From: a virus
Lineage: Duplodnaviria; Heunggongvirae; Uroviricota; Caudoviricetes
IMG/VR virus record: IMGVR_UViG_3300028653_000011
Strand: one strand, 5' to 3'
Length of the DNA: 64,000 bases
Part shown: positions 49,312 through 57,413 of the stretch, one piece after another
Numbering within the stretch: position 1 is the first letter of the stretch
Layout of the letters: each line of letters begins with the position of its first letter
The notes under the pieces: generated by a model
What the model was told of the DNA's origin: nothing
Database searches by the model: none
Seen by the model: only the letters and a program-made list of their open reading frames with translations
Position numbers and translations under genes: made by a program

Positions 49312-50103
49312 ATGTTCATCGTCTACAAGCACATCAATCGAGTCAACGGCAAAGTGTACATCGGTTACACAGCCAATGGGGTCGATGAACGTTGGCGTGG
49401 GCACTGTTATGCCGCTTCTTCAGGTGAGGAGCTCGTGTTTTCGCATGCAATTAGAAAGTACGGTGTAGATGCCTTTGCACATGATGTGTTAGAGACATGT
49501 GCGACAAAGCAACAAGCGTGTGAGGTTGAAATTCGATTGATCGCCGAACACAACACCATGGTTCCGCACGGCTATAATATGACACACGGTGGTGAGCGTC
49601 GGGTCGGAGAATGGAATCCGATGGCCAAACTCACCGAAGATGATGTCCTTACGATCAAGAATACGTGGAACACTCTGCGGCTCGATAATGCGGACGTAAT
49701 TGGTGACTTCTATCGTCGCTTTGCTCAGAAGTTGAGTGTGACTGCAGACTTGATCTGTCAAATCATCAAGGGACGATTGTGGTCTCATGTTGGACCTGAA
49801 CTTGTGAATGTCAACGTGAGTCACCGCGGCAAGGGCAAAGCTGCAGGTGAGAAAATGAAGCAACGATGGGCCGACGCGGAGTTCCATGAAGTGCAATCAC
49901 TCAAGCGCCGCGGCGAAAATAACGGTAGATCAGTGGTGACCGAAGACATTGTCAGGGCACTGCGCCTTGAGTTCGATCAGCTTGATACGAGCACTAAAGG
50001 TGTTACCAAGTCGTTCTGCGTGAAGCATGGTGAACGTCTCGGCGTGACCAGTGAGAACATCTATGGCATCGTCAAGCGCAAGTCGTGGAAAAACGTCGTC
50101 TAA
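49312..50103 (+). CDS. GIY-YIG (Seg-like) homing endonuclease with two HTH-like C-terminal modules
   Basis: IVYKHIN..NGKVYIGYT, AIRKYG, GYNMT.GG. Repeated modules GE.N...V/LTED.V and I...K/L.W. Confidence 0.88.
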   Translation: MFIVYKHINRVNGKVYIGYTANGVDERWRGHCYAASSGEELVFSHAIRKYGVDAFAHDVLETCATKQQACEVEIRLIAEHNTMVPHGYNMTHGGERRVGEWNPMAKLTEDDVLTIKNTWNTLRLDNADVIGDFYRRFAQKLSVTADLICQIIKGRLWSHVGPELVNVNVSHRGKGKAAGEKMKQRWADAEFHEVQSLKRRGENNGRSVVTEDIVRALRLEFDQLDTSTKGVTKSFCVKHGERLGVTSENIYGIVKRKSWKNVV

Positions 50104-50162
50104 TCCTGCGCTACGTCACCTAACGCGTGAGAATGTGCGGGTGCCGACCATACTTACTCCTC

Positions 50163-50450
50163 ATGAAGCTATCGGCACTGCGCCTTGTCGTCCGCGAAGA
50201 GTTGTCCCGTCTCAACGAGGTTTCCTTCGCACAGGCGGGTGCCGATCAGCCCCTGACGCAGTTCATCAAGCACCTCAACATGGCCAAGGCCGACCTGAAT
50301 GAGCTGTTTCAACAGACGACTGACACCAAGGCCGGCAATACGGCGACGAAGCTGCTCAACCAGCTCAACGCCATCATCCTGTCGCTCGACCATGCACCTG
50401 AACTGACGAAGAACCCGTTCGCCGACGCGGGACGAAAGGCACGCCGATGA
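50163..50450 (+). CDS. small protein with N-terminal LRLVVREE helix
   Basis: ATG lies 6 nt after TACTTA (50151-50156). Confidence 0.7.
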   Translation: MKLSALRLVVREELSRLNEVSFAQAGADQPLTQFIKHLNMAKADLNELFQQTTDTKAGNTATKLLNQLNAIILSLDHAPELTKNPFADAGRKARR

Positions 50451-50812
50451 AGCTCTCACAGAAGCAACTACGACAGATCATCAATGAAGTTGCAGGTCAG
50501 AGGATGACCGAGGCCGGCGACGACGGGCGGACGAGTTGGTCACGTGGGTACCGCACGGGTGCAAACGAGCCGGACTACGAAGAACTCGGTGGCGCCCTCG
50601 CCGGTGCCGTCGTCAACAAGTTGACCAAGAACGTGCAGGATACCATTGACAGGATCGTCGAGCACGTGTCGCCCGATGTTGAATTGCCGGCGCGCCTTGA
50701 AGACCTCGAAGCTGCAGCCTACGATATCGTCGAAGGGGCGATGCCGATGATCAGGGACGCGCTTGAGCGGTTGGCCGAGGCGCTGCTACGTAGTCTGATG
50801 AACCCCGAGTGA
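50447..50812 (+). CDS. small protein with N-terminal LRQIINEV helix
   Basis: ATGA overlap; MKLSQKQLRQIINEVAGQRMTEA. Confidence 0.7.
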   Translation: MKLSQKQLRQIINEVAGQRMTEAGDDGRTSWSRGYRTGANEPDYEELGGALAGAVVNKLTKNVQDTIDRIVEHVSPDVELPARLEDLEAAAYDIVEGAMPMIRDALERLAEALLRSLMNPE

Positions 50813-52468
50813 TCAGTAACTGATCTCGTAGGTCAGGTTCTTGCAACCGTAGATCCTGACGACGCCCGCTTCTTGTGCGACTTGTGCTTCTGTCAATCCC
50901 CGCGACTTATCAGCCTTGTACTTGAAGCGATTGAAGCGGTGATTGAAGTCCGTCCACCAAAAGCGAGGTGGTGATTCACCTGTCTGGTGCCACCCTGCAG
51001 ATGACCAACTGTTTGACGCACCCAAGCGGGTGTCGACGTATGACAATAGCCTTTGGCATCCCAGCTCTTTGGCCCTTGCTTGGGCACTCGATGTCAGCCT
51101 GCTCAACGCCCCGGGCACGTTGGTGCCAACCTTAGTGCAGAAGCGGGCAATTTCGAGGGCACCCTGGTGTTTCTTGTGCAGTGGCGTACGTATTGATAGT
51201 GCGGTGATGATTTCACCATTGTGACTCAATCCCAGTGCCCACGATGCCTGTGTGTCGCCGTCAATGTGATTGCGAGTGAAGAAAGATCTACGTTCAGCAG
51301 TATTGAGCTCGACGATGCTGCACTTGCGTGCTCCGACCATTACAGGCGTCAGGCCCAATCGGTGCGAGATCATAGATTCAACGATCGATCGCTTGTCACG
51401 CCACTCATCTTCAAAGACGTGGAGCAGGGTGATGCCCTTCGCTCTACACAGGTCGGTCTTGTTCTGGTGGTAGATCGCCGACTTGTGGACGATGCTGTGC
51501 CAGTAGAGGCCGTTGTACTCGATCGCTAGCGACACAGCAGGCACGAAGATGTCGAGCTCGAGTCCCTCGATCTGACCGCGATCGTTGGTGGTGATGTCGC
51601 TCGTCAATTCCCTGACATAGTTCGCAACGTCCTGTTGCCCTCGGCTACCACCGGGATCACAGGCATAGCACCGTCCGTGTTGCAGGCGCCTGAGCGAGCT
51701 CGTCCACTGGACCCCGCACTGTGAGCATGCGACTTCAATATTGCTTGTCTTGTCGTCGACGTATGAATTTAGGCTGTCATTGATCACGCGCAGCGTGGTG
51801 CCTTCCTCGATGCGGACCTTGACGTCATCGACCTTCAATCTCTTCATGTCGTCGAGGTGTTGCCTGAGCTTGGCCTGTGAGTGAGCCAGCGAGACCTTCG
51901 CTGCCATGTCCTTGATCCTCTGATCATTCTCCTTGTTCAGGCCTTTGGCCCAGGGCGTCAGTTCGCCCGAAGCAAAGCGTCCACGTTGATTGTCAGCGAA
52001 TTCTTGTAGCCTCGAGTCAGTCTCCTTGGTCAGGCCCTTCGACCACGCGACGATGGTACCCGCATCGAATGCTGCCTGGCGACCCACGCTGGTGGCTTGA
52101 GCGCGAGCTGCGACGCGCTCGTCAGTTTCCTTGGTCAGGCCCTTTGACCAACTCTCTTTACCTACGAGCTTCTCACGTCGTTTTTGTGAGATCTCCTCGG
52201 CTTTATCGGCGTCGTACAATGCGTAGATGTTGCCATTGTGGCCGCGCAGTAGGTTGCCATAGCCTTGTCGCCAACCCAACCATGTGGTGACTTGTTGGCA
52301 CCCACAGGCACATAGCTTGGGACCTGAATTGAGCTCATTCCATAACGTTTGTGAAGACGTCTGGTGTGCTGTGGTCAGGTGGGTCTCAAAAGTTGTCTGG
52401 CGCTTCGATGAGAATGAACTGCACAGTGGACAAGTGATGGGTTCGACTGTCTGACCTAGTTGTGCCAT
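50813..52468 (-). CDS. Hef-like mobile endonuclease: Zn fingers, WxKGLTKE repeats, Vsr/PD-(D/E)XK-like nuclease, Mom/GNAT-like C-terminal domain
   Basis: CPLC..H..H, CACGC, WSKGLTKETD repeats, ELDIFVP..LAIEYNGLYWHS..VFEDEW, EIARFC...LSYVD.R. Confidence 0.8.
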   Translation of the reverse strand: MAQLGQTVEPITCPLCSSFSSKRQTTFETHLTTAHQTSSQTLWNELNSGPKLCACGCQQVTTWLGWRQGYGNLLRGHNGNIYALYDADKAEEISQKRREKLVGKESWSKGLTKETDERVAARAQATSVGRQAAFDAGTIVAWSKGLTKETDSRLQEFADNQRGRFASGELTPWAKGLNKENDQRIKDMAAKVSLAHSQAKLRQHLDDMKRLKVDDVKVRIEEGTTLRVINDSLNSYVDDKTSNIEVACSQCGVQWTSSLRRLQHGRCYACDPGGSRGQQDVANYVRELTSDITTNDRGQIEGLELDIFVPAVSLAIEYNGLYWHSIVHKSAIYHQNKTDLCRAKGITLLHVFEDEWRDKRSIVESMISHRLGLTPVMVGARKCSIVELNTAERRSFFTRNHIDGDTQASWALGLSHNGEIITALSIRTPLHKKHQGALEIARFCTKVGTNVPGALSRLTSSAQARAKELGCQRLLSYVDTRLGASNSWSSAGWHQTGESPPRFWWTDFNHRFNRFKYKADKSRGLTEAQVAQEAGVVRIYGCKNLTYEISY

Positions 52469-52473
52469 GGTTG

Positions 52474-52502
52474 ATTATACGTATCCACCTATTCTTGTAT
52501 AG
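52474..52502 (-). promoter_or_regulatory. sigma70-like promoter CTATAC-17-TATAAT for the minus-strand endonuclease
   Basis: Perfect TATAAT 5 nt before the ATG. Confidence 0.6.
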
Positions 52503-52591
52503 TGCACTTGAGTGAGTTTTAGGTCATAATCCTAGATGACGTGATAGTTAGCCTTGAATGGTGCACCACGCACCCCCAAATGGAGATAAAA

Positions 52592-53080
52592 ATGGCCGAA
52601 ACGCTCGACGTGACAAGCATGCTTCCCAACAAATTCGAACCCAAGCGCAAGAACCGTTGGGTGCTCCAGATTGAAGGCGTTGACGCCTACATCATCAAGA
52701 CGGCCGCGCGGCCCACGGTGACGACGGAGCCCGTCGAGATTCCCTTCATCAACAGCCGCCGTTACTTGGCCGGGCTGACGAAGTACGGCACCATCGCCGT
52801 CACCTTGCACGATCCCATCGCACCGTCGGGCGCGCAGCAGGTGATGGAGTGGGTGCGACTGCACTTCGAGAGCGTGTCGGGTCGGTCGGGCTACGCCGAC
52901 TTCTACAAGCGTGACATTCAGCTGAAACTTCTCGATCCCGTTGGGACGGTGGTGGAGTTATGGGATGTTAAAGGTGCGCTGATCACCGAGGCCAACTTCG
53001 GTGAACTCACCTATGAAGACGGCACCCCTGTCGAGATCGCTCTCACTATTCAGGCGGATCAGTACGTTTTGCAGTTCTAA
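52592..53080 (+). CDS. tail tube protein (gp19-like)
   Basis: FEPKRKNRW, RP..T, L.DPI.PSGAQQVMEW, YKRDI.LKLLDPVG.VVE.W...GA. GGAG RBS, TAGTTA at 52545. Confidence 0.92.
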   Translation: MAETLDVTSMLPNKFEPKRKNRWVLQIEGVDAYIIKTAARPTVTTEPVEIPFINSRRYLAGLTKYGTIAVTLHDPIAPSGAQQVMEWVRLHFESVSGRSGYADFYKRDIQLKLLDPVGTVVELWDVKGALITEANFGELTYEDGTPVEIALTIQADQYVLQF

Positions 53081-53101
53081 GCGACCTTAGTACACATTGG
53101 G

Positions 53102-53131
53102 TTGTACAACTTACGTGGGTCGTGGTACAAT
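53102..53131 (+). promoter_or_regulatory. sigma70/T4-early-like promoter TTGTAC-18-TACAAT
   Basis: GTGG precedes the -10; ATG lies 6 nt downstream. Confidence 0.65.
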
Positions 53132-53137
53132 TGTGCC

Positions 53138-54793
53138 ATGGCCTACGATCGTTTAAAGTGTCAGCTGTGTGCCAAGGACTTCGGCCAAGAGGTTGGCTTC
53201 CTGCGCCATGTCGCCGACGTTCATGGACTACAACCCGACGAAGAACTTTACGTCACGTGGACACTCGTACCTGCAGTCAAGCCCACCTGTGCCTGTGGTT
53301 GTGGCCAAGTCGTCAAGTGGAATGGGTGGAAAAAGGGGTACACGTCGAAGTACCTGCGGGGTCACAACGCTGCATCCGACACCGTCTTTGCCGATCCCGT
53401 TCGCGCAAAGGAGTTCGCAGAGAAACGCGCGAAAGGCTACGCCGACGGCAAGTACTCGTCGTGGAACAAGGGCCTGACCAAGGAGAATGATCCACGCATT
53501 CAGGTGATCGCTGACAAGATCTCCGCATCGCTGATCGAGGGCTACGCTTCAGGGTCGATCGTTGACTGGCACGCGCTCGATCCTGATAAGGCCCGTGCCG
53601 CGGTAGCAAAGCAGTCAGCGACGAAGGCAGCTCGGTTCGCGTCAGGTGAATTGGTGCCGTGGAACAAGGGTGAAACGAAAGAGACCAATCCGATCATTGC
53701 TGCCGCAGCGGTGAAGATTGCCGCGCAGTACACACGCCCCAATGCCGGCGCGCGCATCAAGCTCGACCAGGTGAAGGAGCGGATTGACGCACACGCTGAC
53801 AAGTTCACCGCCGTGTCTGACCTGAGCGAGTACACGACTCGTCGCGTTGCTCGGCTCAAATTTCGCTGCACTGTCTGCGGCACCGAACAGAGCAAGAGCC
53901 TCGCCATGCTCGAGGAGTGTCCCGTCTGCTTCACCTGTCACCCGAAGGAGTCGAAGGGTCAACTCGAGGTCTACGACTTCGTCAAGGCGCTGTCACCCGA
54001 CGCTGTGCTGTCAGATCGCACCGTCATCGCTCCACTAGAGCTCGACGTCTTTGTCCCCTCGCACAAGTTGGGCATCGAGTACAACGGCCTTTACTTCCAC
54101 AGTGCCGAGTGCCTCACTGACCCGAACTATCACCAGCGCAAGCTCGAGGCCTGTCTCACCGCCGGCATCAACCTGTTTTCCGTCTACGAGGACGAGTGGC
54201 GTGATCGCCGGCCCATCATCGAGGCCATGATCCGTCACCGCCTGTTGTCACCCACCGTCACCTACCACGCTCGTAAGTTGTCGGTCGTCGAGCTACCAAC
54301 CGCTCAGGCTCGTGCCTTCTTTGACGCCAACCACCTCGAGGGCTATGCACGGTCGTCGGTCACCCTCGGCCTCGTCGATACCAAAGATGGTGTGGTCGCC
54401 GCCATGGCACTGCGCAGGCCCTTTCACCGAGGCCATGCCTCATCATACGAGGTGTCGCGGTGCTGTGCCAAGTTGGGCACCTCTGTCCGCGGTTGGCTGG
54501 GCAAGTTGACGACGCGTGCCGCGGGGTGGGCCGCCGAACGGGGTTCGGTGCAGCTGATGACCTACGTCGATGCTCGTGTCGGCAGGGGCACGGGCTATGA
54601 AGCGGCGGGTTGGCAGCTGGTCAAGGCATCGACGGGCATCCGCTTCTGGTGGACTGACTTCGATCACCGCTACAACCGCTTCAAGTTCAAGGCCGACAAG
54701 GCTCGAGGCATGACGCAGGCCCAAGTCGCTGATGAGGCAGGCGTCGTCCAGATCTTCGGCTGCACCAACTCATCATGGCGTTACGTGATCTGA
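53138..54793 (+). CDS. second Hef-like mobile endonuclease, paralog of 50813..52468
   Basis: Same domain order: ELDVFVP..LGIEYNGLYFHS..VYEDEW, EVSRCC..MTYVD.R.G.G.GY...GW, RFWWTDF. Starts 6 nt after TACAAT. Confidence 0.8.
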   Translation: MAYDRLKCQLCAKDFGQEVGFLRHVADVHGLQPDEELYVTWTLVPAVKPTCACGCGQVVKWNGWKKGYTSKYLRGHNAASDTVFADPVRAKEFAEKRAKGYADGKYSSWNKGLTKENDPRIQVIADKISASLIEGYASGSIVDWHALDPDKARAAVAKQSATKAARFASGELVPWNKGETKETNPIIAAAAVKIAAQYTRPNAGARIKLDQVKERIDAHADKFTAVSDLSEYTTRRVARLKFRCTVCGTEQSKSLAMLEECPVCFTCHPKESKGQLEVYDFVKALSPDAVLSDRTVIAPLELDVFVPSHKLGIEYNGLYFHSAECLTDPNYHQRKLEACLTAGINLFSVYEDEWRDRRPIIEAMIRHRLLSPTVTYHARKLSVVELPTAQARAFFDANHLEGYARSSVTLGLVDTKDGVVAAMALRRPFHRGHASSYEVSRCCAKLGTSVRGWLGKLTTRAAGWAAERGSVQLMTYVDARVGRGTGYEAAGWQLVKASTGIRFWWTDFDHRYNRFKFKADKARGMTQAQVADEAGVVQIFGCTNSSWRYVI

Positions 54794-54829
54794 TCGTCAG
54801 TGTGCGGGTGACGAATACTTACTTTCATC

Positions 54830-55267
54830 ATGCAGCTCACCGAACGTCACCTCCGCGACCTCATCGGTCAGGTCATCACTGAAGCCAAGGGCAAGGATCG
54901 CGGCGCCGACGCTGCCAAGCAGGTGGCTGATGCTATCAAGGTGCTCATCACGGTGGGCCCCAAGGTCGAGAAGTACTTTGAGGAGAAGTTGTCTATGATG
55001 ACGACGATCCCCGCTATGTTCTCTGACGAGCTCGAAGTAGAACATGTTGTCGACAAACTGCGTAATCTCATTGATAAGGCGGTGGAGCTCGACGATGTCG
55101 TGGTGCCTGTATACAAGGCCGCCGCAAAGGCTGCGCCCAAGGCTCCCACCCGCGACCGCTCTCGCGGCCGCCTGGCCAACGCCAATCCTACCGCCGACGA
55201 GCGTTCACTGGGACTAAACAAGCGTCGTGAAATTCGGCGTCAGGCACGTGAGCGTGGTCGGACCTAG
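54830..55267 (+). CDS. small protein with N-terminal LRDLIGQVITE helix and basic tail
   Basis: TACTTA at 54816-54821. Confidence 0.68.
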   Translation: MQLTERHLRDLIGQVITEAKGKDRGADAAKQVADAIKVLITVGPKVEKYFEEKLSMMTTIPAMFSDELEVEHVVDKLRNLIDKAVELDDVVVPVYKAAAKAAPKAPTRDRSRGRLANANPTADERSLGLNKRREIRRQARERGRT

Positions 55268-55275
55268 GCCACCAC

Positions 55276-55536
55276 ATGTCCTCCTGGCTCCGCGACGGCA
55301 CCGCACCCCCACCGAGGGCCCTCGAAATAATCATCGGCCACTTCGATAGGGTTGCCTGTCCCACATACCTCGGGGCCATCTCGCTTGAAGTGGGGTGGAG
55401 CCTGGCCCGGACGCAGGAGATGGTGACGGTGCTGGTGCATCAGGGCTTGGTGCGTGAGCTGTCGATCGATGAAAAGCGGGCAATGGGTGGTGACGCTGAC
55501 CACACAATCTACGTGCGCGTGTCAAAAGCGGCCTGA
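55276..55536 (+). CDS. small putative winged-HTH protein
   Basis: LGAISLEVGWSLARTQEMVTVLVHQGLV wHTH-like pattern, judged by eye. Confidence 0.5.
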   Translation: MSSWLRDGTAPPPRALEIIIGHFDRVACPTYLGAISLEVGWSLARTQEMVTVLVHQGLVRELSIDEKRAMGGDADHTIYVRVSKAA

Positions 55537-55602
55537 GATCACGCGGTAGCTGACACCTATCCTCGTCGGTGGTGTATGATGACCATTGAACGAGGAATGC
55601 AC

Positions 55603-56472
55603 ATGTCAGACGAACGTGAACAGCGTAACCAGGTCTTTGCAGCGGCGCCCACCGCCGGCGTCGATGCGCGGATCCCGACTCAATCGGCCGTAGACAAGTT
55701 CAAGGCCGACTTCGGCATTGACATCCCGACGGAGACAGTGCCCCTGCCGTCGAATGGCAAGGTCTACCCGCCGGCGTCGCCGCTCCACAATCAGGAGACG
55801 GTCGACATTCTACCCATGACGGCCCGCGAAGAGGACATCCTGACCAGCCGCGCCCTGATGAAGAAGGGCACCATCCTCAGTGAACTGATCAAGTCGTGCC
55901 TCGTCAACAAGGCCATCGACCCGCTCGACATGCTGATCGGTGATCGGACGGCAATCATGGTCGCCATCCGGATCACGGGCTACGGCGCCGACTATGACAC
56001 CGAAGTCGAGTGCAATGAGTGCCAGAACAAGTCGCCCAAGCCCTTTAACTTGGGTGAACTGCCCATCAGGCGCTTGGCACTGACACCTGTCGCCGACGGC
56101 CTCAACTTGTTTGAGTTCACGTTGCCGCTGACCAAGAAGGTGATCAGGTTCAAGTTCCTGACGGGCCGCGATGAGGAGCAGATCACGGCGACGGCGGACA
56201 GGCAGAAGAAGCTAAACCTACAGTCCGACGCGACGGTGACGACCAACCTGTTGTACTGCATTCAGGCCATTGACGGCATCGAGGATCGGGCCAAGATCGC
56301 CTCCTTCGTCAGGATGATGCCCGCGCGGGACTCACTGGCGCTACGTAGCTATATCCGCGACAACGAACCCGGCATCATCATGCGGCAGGAGGTGACGTGC
56401 CCGTCCTGTGGATGTACGGAGGTGATCTCGATGCCAATTGGGATTACGTTCTTTTGGCCTGGCTCCAAGTGA
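55603..56472 (+). CDS. tail assembly chaperone / baseplate-hub assembly protein (T4 gp26/gp51-like)
   Basis: LPSNGKVYP, PMTAREEDILT, GDR.AIMVAIRITGYG, two CxxC, ends GITFFWP. Lies between tube and tape measure. Confidence 0.8.
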   Translation: MSDEREQRNQVFAAAPTAGVDARIPTQSAVDKFKADFGIDIPTETVPLPSNGKVYPPASPLHNQETVDILPMTAREEDILTSRALMKKGTILSELIKSCLVNKAIDPLDMLIGDRTAIMVAIRITGYGADYDTEVECNECQNKSPKPFNLGELPIRRLALTPVADGLNLFEFTLPLTKKVIRFKFLTGRDEEQITATADRQKKLNLQSDATVTTNLLYCIQAIDGIEDRAKIASFVRMMPARDSLALRSYIRDNEPGIIMRQEVTCPSCGCTEVISMPIGITFFWPGSK

Positions 56473-56728
56473 CAAAGAGCTGCTCATCTGGGAACCAGCG
56501 TTTCTCTGCGTCTATTATGGGGGCATGACTGCATCTGAGGCGTATAACCTTCCCGTTCCCGTCAAACGTTGGTGGGTGGATCGCATCGTGCGCGAGCTCA
56601 ATAAGGACAAGAGCGTCGATGGCGATAGCTCTCCGAGCCGTGCTCTCCACACCAATTCTCCTGAAGTGAGGCAGATGCAGGGTAGAACAAGGCCGCAGTC
56701 ACCTTCTCGTTTGAGGCGCTTCACTTGA
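56453..56728 (+). CDS. probable +1 frameshift extension of the chaperone (G-T-like)
   Basis: No convincing start or RBS; overlaps the upstream gene at TTC TTT TGG. Contains YYGG..SEAYNLPV..RWW. Confidence 0.65.
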   Translation, partial: FGLAPSDKELLIWEPAFLCVYYGGMTASEAYNLPVPVKRWWVDRIVRELNKDKSVDGDSSPSRALHTNSPEVRQMQGRTRPQSPSRLRRFT

Positions 56729-56795
56729 TCTCCTTCTAGTGGATAGTTAGATCTGCAGCGAATTGTGGAGAACGCCGCGGCAGAAAGACACTCTC

Positions 56796-57086
56796 ATGCA
56801 GATCGACTCAAACATTGTCACGGCGTTTTTTACCGCGGTGCCCGCCACGCTGTTGGCCTTGGGAACCTTAGTTACATCGCTCAAGAACGCGCGCAAGCTC
56901 GATGACGTTCACTTGACGCTCAACAGTAGGTTGACGGAACTGATCAAGACCACGCTCGCACAAGGTAGGCAGAATGAGCGCGATGATCAGCGCGACGGGT
57001 CAAGCACCGCACCCACGAAGTCACAACCTGCAGTCATTCCAATCGTCTTTGTGCCGACCGTCACCATCGACAAAGACGACAAGTAA
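56796..57086 (+). CDS. small single-TM membrane protein (holin-like?)
   Basis: Hydrophobic IVTAFFTAVPATLLALGTLVTSL followed by an amphipathic helix; TAGTTA at 56744. Confidence 0.5.
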   Translation: MQIDSNIVTAFFTAVPATLLALGTLVTSLKNARKLDDVHLTLNSRLTELIKTTLAQGRQNERDDQRDGSSTAPTKSQPAVIPIVFVPTVTIDKDDK

Positions 57087-57095
57087 TTCCACGCC

Positions 57096-57380
57096 CTAGA
57101 GCGGGAACTTGATACCGAGCACCCGCTCAAATTCCCGTGCCGACGCGTGCTTCAGGTTGAGCTTATTCATGACGCTGTCGACGGTCGCACCCGGCCGCTC
57201 GAGCTCTTCCTGAAAGCGCCGTGAGTCAATCATGGCTTGAGCCACAGCATTGACCTCTTCGGGAGTGCCCCTGATCTTGAGGTTGATGGCCTTGCCGACG
57301 AGCCACGCGGCCACCGATGTCAGAAAGATCTTGCCGAGGACGTTCATGCGAAGTTCGTTGAGGCGGTTAGCGTCGTTCAT
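57096..57380 (-). CDS. hypothetical protein, antisense to the tail operon
   Basis: Has its own TACTTA on the minus strand (57394-57389), 8 nt before the ATG. Confidence 0.7.
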   Translation of the reverse strand: MNDANRLNELRMNVLGKIFLTSVAAWLVGKAINLKIRGTPEEVNAVAQAMIDSRRFQEELERPGATVDSVMNKLNLKHASAREFERVLGIKFPL

Positions 57381-57413
57381 GGCGACGATAAGTATGTCAC
57401 AGGATGTTGACCT

